A stretch of 64,000 nt of DNA from the human T2T-CHM13v2.0 reference genome, Homo sapiens, in NCBI RefSeq assembly GCF_009914755.1, contig NC_060925.1. One strand, 5' to 3'. Of this stretch, positions 8,097-22,399 are shown in pieces; position 1 is the first letter of the stretch, and each line of letters begins with the position of its first letter. The translations under genes were made by a program, and so were the position numbers. Under the pieces are notes generated by a model, which made no database searches, was not told the origin of the DNA, and was given only the letters and a program-made list of their open reading frames with translations.

Positions 8097-11000
8097 TATT
8101 CAACTCACAGAGTTGAACGATCCTTTACACAGAGCAGACTTGAAACACTCTTTTTGTAGAATTTGCAAGTGGAGATTTCAGCCGCTTTGAGGTCAATAGT
8201 AGAAAAGGAAATATCTTCGTAGAAAAACTAGACAGAATGATTCTCAGAAACTCCTTTGTGATGTGTGTGTTCAACTCACAGAGTTTAACCTTTCTTTTCA
8301 TAGAGCAGTTAGTAAACACTCTGTTTATAAAGTCTGCAAGTGGATATTCAGACCCCTTTGAGGCCTTCGTTGGAAACGGGATTTCTTCATATTATGCTAG
8401 ACAGAAGAATTCTCAGTAACTTCCTTGTGTTGTGTGTATTCAACTGACAGAGTTGAACTTTCATTTAGAGAGAGCAGATTTGAAACACTGTTTTTGTGGA
8501 ATTTGCAAGTGGAGATTTCAAGCGCTTTGGGGCCAAAGGCAGAAAAGGAAATATCTTCGTATAAAAACTAGACAGAATCATTCTCAGAAACTGCTGCGTG
8601 ATGTGTGCGTTCAACTCTCAGAGTTTAACTTTTCTTTTCATTCAGCGGTTTGGAAACACTCTGTTTGTAAAGTCTGCACGTGGAAATTTTGACCACTTAG
8701 AGGCCTTCGTTGGAAACGGGTTTTTTTCATTTAAGGCTAGACAGAAGAATTCCCAGTAACTTCCTTGTGTTGTGTGCATTCAACTCACAGAGTTGAACGT
8801 TCCCTTAGACAGAGCAGATTTGAAACACTCTATTTGTGCAATTTGCAAGTGTAGATTTCAAGCGCTTTAAGGTCAACGGCAGAAAAGGAAATATCTTCGT
8901 TTCAAAACTAGACAGAATCGTTCCCACAAACTGCGTTGTGATGTGTTCGTTCAACTCACAGAGTTTAACCTTTCTGTTCATAGAGCAGTTAGGAAACACT
9001 CTGTTTGTAAAGTCTGTAAGTGGATATTCTGACATCTTGTGGCCTTCGTTGGAAACGGGATTTCTTCCTATTCTGCTAGACAGAAGAATTCTCAGTAACT
9101 TCCTTGTGTTCTGTGTATTCAACTCACAGAGTTGAACGATCCTTTACACAGAGCAGACTTGAAACACTCTTTTTGTGGAATTTGCAAGTGGAGATTTCAG
9201 CCGCTTTGAGGTCAATGGTAGAAAAGGAAACTATCTTCATATAAAGACTAGACAGAATGATTCTCAGAAAATCTTTTGTGATGTGTGCGTTCAACTCACA
9301 GAGTTTAACTTTTCTTCTCATAGAGCAGTTAGGAAACACTCTGTTTGTAAAGTCTGCAAGTGGATATTCAGACCTCTTTGAGGCCTTCGTTGGAAACGGG
9401 ATTTCTTCATATTATGCTAGACAGAATAATTCTCAGTAACTTCCTTGTGTTGTGTGTATTCAACTCACAGAGTTGAAGGATCCTTTACAGAGAGCAGGCT
9501 TGAAACACTCTTTTTGTCGAATTTGCAAGTGGAGATTTCAGCCGCTTTGAGGTCAATGGTAGAATAGGAAATATCTTCTTATAGAAACTAGACAGAATGA
9601 TTCTCATGAACTCCTTTGTGATGTGTGCGTTCAACTCACAGAGTTTAACCTTTCTTTTCATAGAGCAGTTAGGAAACACTCTGTTTGTAAAGTCTGCAAG
9701 TGGATATTCAGACCTCCTTGAGGCCTTCGTTGGAAACGGGATTTCTTCATATTCTGCTAGACAGAAGAATTCTCAGTAACTTCCTTGTGTTGTGTTTATT
9801 CAACTCACAGAGTTGAACGATCCTTTACACAGAGCAGACTTGAAACACTCTTTTTGTGGAATTTGCAAGTGGAGATTTCAGCCGCTTTGAGGTCAATAGT
9901 AGAAAAGGAAATATCTTCGTAGAAAAACTAGACAGAATGATTCTCAGAAACTCCTTTGTGATGTGTGTGTTCAACTCACAGAGTTTAACCATTCTTTTCA
10001 TAGAGCAGTTAGTAAACACTCTGTTTATAAAGTCTGCAAGTGGATATTCAGACCCCTTTGAGGCCTTCGTTGGAAACGGGATTTCTTCATATTATGCTAG
10101 ACAGAAGAATTCTCAGTAACTTCCTTGTGTTGTGTGTATTCAACTGACAGAGTTGAACTTTCATTTAGAGAGAGCAGATTTGAAACACTGTTTTTGTGGA
10201 ATTTGCAAGTGGAGATTTCAAGCGCTTTGGGGCCAAAGGCAGAAAAGGAAATATCTTCGTATAAAAACTAGACAGAATCATTCTCAGAAACTGCTGCGTG
10301 ATGTGTGCGTTCAACTCTCAGAGTTTAACTTTTCTTTTCATTCAGCGGTTTGGAAACACTCTGTTTGTAAAGTCTGCACGTGGATATTTTGACCACTTAG
10401 AGGCCTTCGTTGGAAAAGGGTTTTTTTCATGTAAGGCTAGACAGAAGAATTCCCAGTAACTTCCTTGTGTTGTGTGCATTCAACTCACAGAGTTGAACGT
10501 TCCCTTTGACAGAGCAGATTTGAAACACTCTATTTGTGCAATTTGCAAGTGTAGATTTCAAGCGCTTTAAGGTCAACGGAAGAAAAGGAAATATCTTCGT
10601 TTCAAAACTAGACAGAATCATTCCCACAAACTGCGTTGTGATGTGTTCGTTCAACTCACAGAGTTTAACCTTTCTGTTCATAGAGCAGTTAGGAAACACT
10701 CTGTTTGTAAAGTCTGTAAGTGGATATTCTGACATCTTGTGGCCTTCGTTGGAAACGGGATTTCTTCATATTCTGCTAGACAGAAGAATTCTCAGTAACT
10801 TCCTTGTGTTGTGTGTATTCAACTCACAGAGTTGAACGATCCTTTACACAGAGCAGACTTGAAACACTCTTTTTGTGGAATTTGCAACTGGAGATTTCAG
10901 CCGCTTTGAAGTCAATGGTAGAAAAGGAAACTATCTTCATATAAAGACTAGACAGAATGATTCTCAGAATATCTTTTGTGATGTGTGCGTTCAACTCACA

Positions 11001-11500
11001 GAGTTTAACTTTTCTTCTCATAGAGCAGTTAGGAAACACTCTGTTTGTAAAGTCTGCAAGTGGATATTCAGACCTCTTTGAGGCCTTCGTTGGAAACGGG
11101 ATTTCTTCATATTCTGCTAGACAGAATAATTCTCAGTAACTTCCTTGTGTTGTGTGTATTCAACTCACAGAGTTGAAGGATCCTTTACAGAGAGCAGGCT
11201 TGAAACACTCTTTTTGTCGAATTTGCAAGTGGAGATTTCAGCCGCTTTGAGGTCAATGGTAGAATAGGAAATATCTTCTTATAGAAACTAGACAGAATGA
11301 TTCTCATAAACTCCTTTGTGATGTGTGCGTTCAACTCACAGAGTTTAACCTTTCTTTTCACAGAGCAGTTAGGAAACACTCTGTTTGAAAAGTCTGCAAG
11401 TGGATATTCAGACCTCCTTGAGGCCTTCGTTGGAAACGGGATTTATTCATATTCTGCTAGACAGAAGAATTCTCAGTAACTTCCTTGTGTTGTGTTTATT
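8097..11500 (+). repeat. Tandem duplication of a 1,700-bp 10-mer (2 copies)
   Basis: ORF pairs 8125/9825, 8432/10132, 8836/10536, 9124/10824, 9485/11185 are all offset by 1,700. Shared rare variants include GGTCAACGG, TTCTTCTCATAG, GTTGAAGGA, TGTCGAATT and GTGTTTATT. Confidence 0.88.
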
Positions 11501-13590
11501 CAACTCACAGAGTTGAATGATCCTTTACACAGAGCAGACTTGAAACACTCTTTTTGTGGAATTTGCAAGTGGAGATTTCAGCCGCTTTGAGGTCAATGGT
11601 AGAAAAGTAAATATCTTCGTATAAAGACTAGACAGAATGATTCTCAGAAACTCCTTTGTGATGTGTGCGTTCAACTCACAGAGTTTAACCTTTCTGTTCA
11701 TAGAGCAGTTAGGAAACACTCTGTTTGTAAAGTCTGCAAGTGGATACTCAGACCTCCTTGAGGCCTTCGTTGGAAACGGGATTTCTTCATATTCTGCTAG
11801 ACAGAAGAATTCTCAGTAACTTCCTTGTGTTGTGTGTACTCAACTCACAGAGTTGAACGATCCTTTACACAGAGCAGACTTGAAACACTCTTTTTGTGGA
11901 ATTTGCAAGTGGAGATTTCAGCCGCTTTGAGGTCAATAGTAGAAAAGGAAATATCTTCGTAGAAAAACTAGACAGAATGATTCTCAGAAACTCCTTTGTG
12001 ATGTGTGTGTTCAACTCACAGAGTTTAACCTTTCTTTTCATAGAGCAGTTAGTAAACACTCTGTTTATAAAGTCTGCAAGTGGATATTCAGACCCATTTG
12101 AGGCCTTCGTTGGAAACGGGATTTCTTCATATTCTGCTAGACAGAAGAATTCTCAGTAACTTCCTTGTGTTGTGTGTATTCAACTGACAGAGTTCAACTT
12201 TCATTTAGAGAGAGCAGATTTGAAACACTGTTTTTGTGGAATTTGCAAGTGGAGATTTCAGCCGCTTTGAGGTCAATGGTAGAAAAGGAAACAATCTTCA
12301 TATAAAGACTAGACAGAATGATTCTCAGAAAATCTTTTGTGATGTGTGCGTTCAACTCACAGAGTTTAACTTTTCTTCTCATAGAGCAGTTAGGAAACAC
12401 TCTGTTTGTAAAGTCTGCAAGTGCATATTCAGACCTCTTTGAGGCCTTCGTTGGAAACGGGATTTCTTCATATTATGCTAGACAGAATAATTCTCAGTAA
12501 CTTCCTTGTGTTGTGTGTATTCAACTCACAGAGTTGAAGGATCCTTTACAGAGAGCAGGCTTGAAACACTCTTTTTGTCGAATTTGCAAGTGGAGATTTC
12601 AGCCGCTTTGAGGTCAATGGTAGAATAGGAAATATCTTCTTATAGAAACTAGACAGAATGATTCTCATAAACTCCTTTGTGATGTGTGCGTTCAACTCAC
12701 AGAGTTTAACCTTTCTGTTCATAGAGCAGTTAGGAAACACTCTGTTTGTAAAGTCTGCAAGTGGATATTCAGACCTCCTTGAGGCCTTCTTTGGAAACGG
12801 GATTTCTTCATATTCTGCTAGACAGAAGAATTCTCAGTAACTTCCTTGTGTTGTGTTTATTCAACTCACAGAGTTGAATGATCCTTTACACAGAGCAGAC
12901 TTGAAACACTCTTTTTGTGGAATTTGCAAGTGGAGATTTCAGCCGCTTTGAGGTCAATGGTAGAAAAGTAAATATCTTCGTATAAAGACTAGACAGAATG
13001 ATTCTCAGAAACTCCTTTGTGATGTGTGCGTTCAACTCACAGAGTTTAACCTTTCTGTTCATAGAGCAGTTAGGAAACACTCTGTTTGTAAAGTCTGCAA
13101 GTGGATATTCAGACCTCTTTGAGGCCTTCGTTGGAAACGGGATTTCTTCATATTCTGCTAGACAGAAGAATTCTCAGTAACTTCCTTGTGTTGTGTGTAT
13201 TCTACTCACAGAGTTGAACGATCCTTTACACAGAGCAGACTTGAAACACTCTTTTTGTGGAATTTGCAAGTGGAGATTTCAGCCGCTTTGAGGTCAATAG
13301 TAGAAAAGGAAATATCTTCGTAGAAAAACTAGACAGAATGATTCTCAGAAACTCCTTTGTGATGTGTGTGTTCAACTCACAGAGTTTAACCTTTCTTTTC
13401 ATAGAGCAGTTAGTAAACACTCTGTTTATAAAGTCTGCAAGTGGATATTCAGACCCCTTTGAGGCCTTCGTTGGAAACGGGATTTCTTCATATTATGCTA
13501 GACAGAAGAATTCTCAGTAACTTCCTTGTGTTGTGTGTATTCAACTGACAGAGTTGAACTTTCATTTAGAGAGAGCAGATTTGAAACACT
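10870..13590 (+). repeat. Tandem duplication of a 1,361-bp 8-mer (2 copies), junction in a hybrid monomer at ~12,231-12,260
   Basis: ORF pairs 10957/12318, 11185/12546, 11525/12886, 11865/13226 are offset by 1,361. Shared variants include GAAAAGTAAAT, GTTGAATGAT and GTTGAAGGA. Confidence 0.88.
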
Positions 13591-16500
13591 GTTTTTGTGG
13601 AATTTGCAAGTGGAGATTTCAAGCGCTTTGGGGCCAAAGGCAGAAAAGGAAATATCTTCGTATAAAAACTAGACAGAATCATTCTCAGAATCTGCTGCGT
13701 GATGTGTGCGTTCAACTCTCAGAGTTTAACTTTTCTTTTCATTCAGCGGTTTGGAAACACTCTGTTTGTAAAGTCTGCACGTGGATATTTTGACCACTTA
13801 GAGGCCTTCGTTGGAAACGGGTTTTTTTCATGTAAGGCTAGACAGAAGAATTCCCAGTAACTTCCTTGTGTTGTGTGCATTCAACTCACAGAGTTGAACG
13901 TTCCCTTAGACAGAGCAGATTTGAAACACTCTATTTGTGCAATTTGCAAGTGTAGATTTCAAGCGCTTTAAGGTCAACGGCAGAAAAGGAAATATCTTCG
14001 TTTCAAAACTAGACAGAATCATTCCCACAAACTGCGTTGTGATGTGTTCGTTCAACTCACAGAGTTTAACCTTTCTGTTCATAGAGCAGTTAGGAAACAC
14101 TCTGTTTGTAAAGTCTGCAAGTGGATATTCAGACCTCCTTGAGGCCTTCGTTGGAAACGGGATTTCTTCATATTCTGCTAGACAGAAGAATTCTCAGTAA
14201 CTTCCTTGTGTTGTGTGTATTCAACTCACAGAGTTGAACGATCCTTTACAGAGAGCAGACTTGAAACACTCTTTTTGTGGAATTTGCAAGTGGAGATTTC
14301 AGCCGCTTTGGGGTCAATGGTAGAATAGGAAATATCTTCCTATAGAAACTAGACAGAATCATTCTCATAAACTCCTTTGTGATGTGTGCGTTCAACTCAC
14401 AGAGTTTAACTTTTCTTTTCATAGAGCAGATAGGAAACACTCTGTTTGTAAAGTCTGCAAGTGGATATTCAGACCTCTTTGAGGCCTTCATTGGAAACGG
14501 GATTTCTTCATATTATGCTAGACAGAATAATTCTCAGTAACTTCCTTGTTTTGTGTGTATTCAACTCACAGAGTTGAACGATCCTTTACAGAGAGCAGAC
14601 TTGAAACACTCTTTTTGTGGAATTTGCAAGTGGAGATTTCAGCCGCTTTGAGGTCTATGGTAGAAAAGGAAATATCTTCGTATAAAGACTAGACAGAATG
14701 ATTCTCAGAAACTCCTTTGTGATGTGTGCGTTCAACTCACAGAGTTTAACCTTTCTTTTCATAGAGCAGTTATTAAACACTCTGTTTGTAAAGTCTGCAA
14801 GTGGATATTCAGACCTCCTTGAGGCCTTCGTTGGAAACGGGATTTCTTCATATTCTGCTAGACAGAAGAATTCTCAGTAATTTCCTTGTGTTGTGTGTAT
14901 TCAACTCACAGAGTTGAACGATCCTTTACACAGAGTAGACTTTAAACACTCTTTTTGTGGAATTTGCAAGTTGAGATTTCAGCCGCTTTGAGGTCAATGG
15001 TAGAAAAGGAAATATCTTCTTATAAAAACTAGACAGAATGATTCTCAGAAATTCCTTTGTGATGTGTGCGTTCAACTCACAGAGTTTAACTTTTCTTTTC
15101 ATAGAGCAGTTAGGAAACACTCTGTTTGTAAAGTCTGCAAGTGGATATTCAGACCCCTTTGAGGCCTTCGTTGGAAACGGGATTTCTTCATATTCTGATA
15201 GACAGAAGAATTCTCAGTAACTTCCTTGTGTTGTGTGTATTCAACTCACAGAGTTGAACGATCCTTTACACAGAGCAGACTTGAAACACTCTTTTTGTGG
15301 AATTTGCAAGTGGAGATTTCACCAGCTTTGAGGTCAATGGTAGAAAAGGAAACTATCTTCGTATAAAGACTAGACAGAATGATTCTCAGAAAATCCTTTG
15401 TGATGTGTGCATTCAACTCACAGAGTTTAACTTTTCTTTTCATAGAGCAGTTAGGAAACACTCTGTTTGTAAAGTCTGCAAGTGTATATTCAGATCTCTT
15501 TGAGGCCTTCGTTGGAAACGGGATTTCTTCATATTATGCTAGACAGAATAATTCTCAGTAACTTCCTTGTGTTGTGTGTATTCAACTCACAGAGTTGAAC
15601 GATCCTTTACAGAGAGCAGACTTGAAACACTCTTTTTGTGGAATTTGCAAGTGGAGATTTCAGCCGCTTTGAGGTCAATGGTAGAATAGGAAATATCTTC
15701 CTATAGAAACTAGACAGAATGATTCTCAGAAACTATTTTGTGATGTGTGCGTTCAACTCACAGAGTTTAACTTTTCTTTTCATAGACCAGTTAGGAAACA
15801 CTCTGTTTGTAAAGTCTGCAAGTGGATATTCAGACCTCTTTGAGGCCTTCGTTGGAAACGGGATTTCTTCATATTCTGCTAGACAGAAGAATTCTCAGTA
15901 ACTCCCTTGTGTTGTGTGTATTCAACTCACAGAGTTGAACGATCCTTTACACAGAGCAGACTTGAAACACTCTTTTTGTGGAATTTGCAAGTGGAGATTT
16001 CAGCCGCTTTGAGGTCAATAGTAGAAAAGGAAATATCTTCGTAGAAAAACTAGACAGAATGATTCTCAGAAACTCCTTTGTGATGTGTGTGTTCAACTCA
16101 CAGAGTTTAACCTTTCTTTTCATAGAGCAGTTAGTAAACACTCTGTTTATAAAGTCTGCAAGTGGATATTCAGACCCCTTTGAGGCCTTCGTTGGAAACG
16201 GGATTTCTTCATATTATGCTAGACAGAAGAATTCTCAGTAACTTCCTTGTGTTGTGTGTATTCAACTGACAGAGTTGAACTTTCATTTAGAGAGAGCAGA
16301 TTTGAAACACTGTTTTTGTGGAATTTGCAAGTGGAGATTTCAAGCGCTTTGGGGCCAAAGGCAGAAAAGGAAATATCTTCGTATAAAAACTAGACAGAAT
16401 CATTCTCAGAAACTGCTGCGTGATGTGTGCGTTCAACTCTCAGAGTTTAACTTTTCTTTTCATTCAGCGGTTTGGAAACACTCTCTTTGTAAAGTCTGCA

Positions 16501-19500
16501 CGTGGATATTTTGACCACTTAGAGGCCTTCGTTGGAAACGGGTTTTTTGCATGTAAGGCTAGACAGAAGAATTCCCAGTAACTTCCTTGTGTTGTGTACA
16601 TTCAACTCACAGAGTTGAACGTTCCCTTAGAGCAGATTTGAAACACTCTATTTGTGCAATTTGCAAGTGTAGATTTCAAGCGCTTTAAGGTCAATGGCAG
16701 AAAAGGAAATATCTTCGTTTCAAAACTAGACAGAATCATTCCCACAAAACTGCGTTGTGATGTGTTCGTTCAACTCACAGAGTTTAACCTTTCTGTTCAT
16801 AGAGCAGTTAGGAAACACTCTGTTTGTAAAGTCTGTAAGTGGATATTCTGACATCTTGTGGCCTTCGTTGGAAACGGGATTTCTTCATATTCTGCTAGAC
16901 AGAAGAATTCTCAGTAACTTCCTTGTGTTGTGTGTATTCAACTCACAGAGTTGAACGATCCTTTGCACAGAGCAGACTTGAAACACTCTTTTTGTGGAAT
17001 TTGCAAGTGGAGATTTCAGCCGCTTTGAGGTCAATGGTAGAAAAGGAAATATCTTCGTATAAAGACTAGACAGAATGATTCTCAGAAACTCCTTTCTGAT
17101 GTGTGCGTTCAACTCACAGAGTTTAACCTTTCTGTTCATAGAGCAGTTAGGAAACACTCTGTTTGTAAAGTCTGCAAGTGGATATGCAGACCTCCTTGAG
17201 GCCTTCGTTGGAAACGGGATTTCTTCATATTCTGCTAGACAGAAGAATTCTCAGTAACTTCCTTGTGTTGTGTGTATTCAACTCACAGAGTTGAACGATC
17301 CTTTACACAGAGCAGACTTGAAACACTCTTTTTGTGGAATTTGCAATTGGAGATTTCAGCCGCTTTGAGGTCAATGGTAGAAAAGGAAATATCTTCGTAT
17401 AAAGACTAGACAGAATGATTCTCAGAAACTCCTTTGTGATGTGTGCGTTCAAATCACAGAGTTTAACCTTTCTGTTCATAGAGCAATTAGGAAACACTCT
17501 GTTTTAAAGTCTGCCAGTGGATATTCAGACCTCCTTGATTCCTTCGGTGGAAAAGGGATTTCTTCATATTCTGCTAGACAGAAGAATTCTCAGTAACTTC
17601 CTTGTGTTGTGTGCATTCAACTCACAGAGTTGAACGTTCCCTTAGACAGAGCAGATTTGAAACACTCTATTTGTGCAATTTGCAAGTGTAGATTTCAAGC
17701 GCTTTAAGGTCAATGGCAGAAAAGGAAATATCTTCGTTTCAAAACTAGACAGAATCATTCCCACAAACTGCGTTGTGATGTATTCGTTCAACTCACAGGG
17801 TTTAACCTTTCTGTTCATAGAGCAGTTAGGAAACACTCTGTTTGTAAAGTCTGTAAGTGGATATTCTGACATTTTGTGGCCTTCGTTGGAAATGGGATTT
17901 CTTCATATTCTCCTAGACAGAAGAATTCTCAGTAACTTCCTTGTGTTGTGTGTATTCAACTCACAGAGTTGAACGATCGTTTACACAGAGCAGACTTGAA
18001 ACACTCTTTTTGTGGAATTTGCAAATGGAGATTTCAGCCGCTTTGAGGTCAATGGTAGAAAAGGAAATATCTTCGTATAAAGACTAGACAGAATGATCCT
18101 CAGAAACTCCTTTGTGATGTGTGCGTTCAACTCACAGAGTTTAACCTTTCTGTTCATAGAGCAGTTAGGAAACACTCTGTTTGTAAAGTCTGCAAGTGGA
18201 TATTCAGACCTCTTTGAGGCCTTCGTTGGAAACGGGATTTCTTCATATTATGCTAGACAGAATAATTCTCAGTAACTTCCTTGTGTTGTGTGTATTCAAC
18301 TCACAGAGTTGAACGATCCTTTACAGAGAGCAGACTTGAAACACTCTTTTTGTGGAATTTGCAAATGGAGATTTCAGCCGCTTTGAGGTCAAAGGTAGAA
18401 TAGGAAATATCTTCCTATAGAAACTAGACAGAATGATTCTCAGAAACTCCTTTGTGATGTGTGCGTTCAACTCACAGAGTTTAACCTTTCTTTTCATAGA
18501 GCACTTAGGAAACACTCTGTTTGTAAAGTCTGCAAGTGGATATTCAGACCTCTTTGAGGCCATCGTTGGAAACGGGATTTCTTCATATTCTGCTAGACCG
18601 AAGAATTCTCAGTAACTTCCTTGTGTTGTGTGTATTCAACTGACAGAGTTGAACTTTCATTTAGAGAGAGCAGATTTGAAACACTGTTTTTGTGGAATTT
18701 GCAAGTGGAGATTTCAAGCGCTTTGGGGCCAAAGGCAGAAAAGAAAATATCTTCGTATAAAAACTAGACAGAATCATTCTCAGAAACTGCTGCGTGATGT
18801 GTGCGTTCAACTCTCAGAGTTTAACTTTTCTTTTCATTCAGCGGTTTGGAAACACTCTGTTTGTAAAGTCTGCACGTGGATATTTTGACCACTTAGAGGC
18901 CTTCGTTGGAAACGGGTTTTTTGCATGTAAGGCTAGACAGAAGAATTCCCAGTAACTTCCTTGTGTTGTGTGCATTCAACTCACAGAGTTGAACGTTCCC
19001 TTAGACAGAGCAGATGTGAAACACTCTATTTGTGCAATTTGCAAGTGTAGATTTCAAGCGCTTTAAGGTCAATGGCAGAAAAGGAAATATCTTCGTTTCA
19101 AAACTAGACAGAATCATTCCCACAAACTGCGTTGTGATGTGTTCGTTCAACTCACAGAGTTTAACCTTTCTGTTCATAGAGCAGTTAGGAAACACTCTGT
19201 TTGTAAAGTCTGTAAGTGGATATTCTGACATCTTGTGGCCTTCGTTGGAAACGGGATTTCTTCATATTCTGCTAGACAGAAGAATTCTCAGTAACTTCCT
19301 CGTGTTGTGTGTATTCAACTCACAGAGTTGAACGATCCTTTACACAGAGCAGACTTGAAACACTCTTTTTGTGGAATTTGCAAGTGGAGATTTCAGCCGC
19401 TTTGCGGTCAATGGTAGAAAAGGAAATATCTTCGTATAAAGACTAGACAGAATGATTCTCAGAAACTCCTTTGTGATGTGTGCGTTCAACTCACAGAGTT

Positions 19501-22399
19501 TAACCTTTCTTTTCATAGAGCAGTTAGGAAACACTCTGTTTGTAAAGTCTGCAAGTGGATATTCGGACCTCTTTGAGGCCTTCGTTGGAAACGGGAATTC
19601 TTCATATTATGCTAGACAGAATAATTCTCAGTAACTTCCTTGTGTTGTGTGCATTCAACTCACAGAGTTGAACGATCCTTTACAGAGAGCAGAGTTGAAA
19701 CACTTTTTGTGGAATTTGCAAGTGGAGATTTCAGCCGCTTTGAGGTCAAAAGTAGAATAGGAAATATCTTCCTATAGAAACTAGACAGAATGATTCTCAG
19801 AAACTCCTTTGTGATGTGTGTGTTCAACTCACAGAGTTTAACCTTTCTTTTCATAGAGCAGTTAGTAAACACTCTGTTTATATAGTCTGTAAGTGGATAT
19901 TCTGACATTTTCTGGCCTTGGTTGGAAATGGGATTTCTTCATATTCTCCAAGACAGAAGAATTCTCAGTAACTTCCTTGTGTTGTGTGTATTCAACTCAC
20001 AGAGTTGAACGATCCTTTACACAGAGCAGACTTGAAACACTCTTTTTGTGGAATTTGCAAGTGGAGATTTCAGCCGCTTTGAGGTCAATGGTAGAAAAGG
20101 AAATATCTTCGTATAAAGACTAGACAGAATGATTCTCAGAAACTCCTTTGTGATGTGTGCGTTCAACTCACAGAGTTTAACCTTTCTTTTCATAGAGCAG
20201 TTAGTAAACACTCTGTTTGTAAAGTCTGCAAGTGGATATTCAGACCTCCTTGAGGCCTTCGTTGGAAACGTGATTTCTTCATATTCTGCTAGACAGAAGA
20301 ATTCTCAGTAACTTCCTTGTGTTGTGTGTATTCAACTCACAGAATTGAACGATCCTTTACCCAGAGCAGACTTGAAACACTCTTTTTGTGGAATTTGCAA
20401 GTGGAGATTTCAGCCGCTTTGAGGTCAATGGTAGAAAAGGAAATATCTTCGTATAAAGACTAGACAGAATGATTCTCTGAAACTCCTTTGTGATGTGTGC
20501 GTTCAACACACAGAGTTTAAATTTTCTTTTCATAGAGCAGTTAGGAAACACTCTGTTTGTAAAGTCTGCAAGTGGATATTCAGACCTCTTTGAGGCCTTC
20601 GTTGGAAACGGGATTTCTTCATATTCTGCTAGACAGAAGAATTCTCAGTAACTTCCTTGTGTTGTGTGTATTCAACTCACAGAGTTGAACGATCCTTTAC
20701 AGAGAGCAGACTTGAAACACTCTTTTTGTGGAATTTGCAAGTGGAGATTTCAGCCGCTTTGAGGTCAAAGGTAGAATAGGAAATATCTTCCTATAGAAAC
20801 TAGACAGAGTGATTCTCAGAAACTCCTTTGTGATGTGTGCGTTCAACTCACAGAGTTTAACCTTTCTTTTCATAGAGCAGTTAGGAAACACTCTGTTTGT
20901 AAAGTCTGCAAGTGGATATTCAGACCTCTTTGAGGCCTTCGTTGGAAACGGGATTTCTTCATATTCTGCTAGACAGAAGAATTCTCAGAAACTTCCTTGT
21001 GTTGTGTGTATTCAACTCACAGAGTTGAACGATCCTTTACACAGAGCAGACTTGAAACACTCTTTTTGTGGAATTTGCAAGTGGAGATTTCAGCCGCTTT
21101 GAGGTCAATAGTAGAAAAGGAAATATCTTCGTAGAAAAACTAGACAGAATGATTCTCAGAAACTCCTTTGTGATGTGTGTGTTCAACTCACAGAGTTTAA
21201 CCTTTCTTTTCATAGAGCAGTTAGTAAACACTCTGTTTGTAAAGTCTGCAAGTGGATATTCAGACCCCTTTGAGGCCTTCGTTGGAAACGGGATTTCTTC
21301 ATATTATGCTAGACAGAAGAATTCTCAGTAACTTCCTTGTGTTGTGTGTATTCAACTGACAGAGTTGAACTTTCATTTAGAGAGAGCAGATTTGAAACAC
21401 TGTTTTTGTGGAATTTGCAAGTGGAGATTTCAAGCGCTTTGGGGCCAAAGGCCGAAAAGGAAATATCTTCGTATAAAAACTAGACAGAATCATTCTCAGA
21501 AACTGCTGCGTGATGTGTGCGTTCAACTCTCAGAGTTTAACTTTTCTTTTCATTCAGCGGTTTGGAAACACTCTGTTTGTAAAGTATGCACGTGGATATT
21601 TTGACCACTTAGAGGCCTTCGTTGGAAACGGGTTTTTTGCATGTAAGGCTAGACAGAAGAATTCCCAGTAACTTCCTTGTGTTGTGTGCATTCAACTCAC
21701 AGACTTGAACGTTCCCTTAGACAGAGCAGATTTGAAACACTCTATTTGTGCAATTTGCAAGTGTAGATGTCAAGCGCTTTAAGGTCAATGGCAGAAAAGG
21801 AAATATCTTCGTTTCAAAACTAGACAGAATCATTCCCACAAACTGCGTTGTGATGTGTTCGTTCAACTCACAGAGTTTAACCTTTCTGTTCATAGAGCAG
21901 TTAGGAAACACTCTGTTTGTAAAGTCTGTAAGTGGATATTCTGACATCTTGTGGCCTTCGTTGGAAACGGGATTTCTTCATATTCTGCTAGAGAGAAGAA
22001 TTCTCAGTAACTTCCTTGTGTTGTGTGTATTCAACTCACAGAGTTGAACGATCCTTTACACAGAGCAGACTTGAAACACTCTTTTTGTGGAATTTGCAAG
22101 TGGAGATTTCAGCCGCTTTGAGGTCAATGGTAGAAAAGGAAATATCTTCGTATAAAGACTAGACAGAATGATTCTCAGAAACTCCTTTGTGATGTGTGCG
22201 TTCAAATCACAGAGTTTAACCTTTCTGTTCATAGAGCAGTTAGGAAACACTCTGTTTGTAAAGTCTGCCAGTGGATATTCAGACCTCCTTGATTCCTTCG
22301 TTGGAAATGGGATTTCTTCATATTCTGCTAGACAGAAGAATTCTCAGTAACTTCCTTGTGTTGTGTGTATTCAACTCACAGAGTTGAACGATCCTTTAC

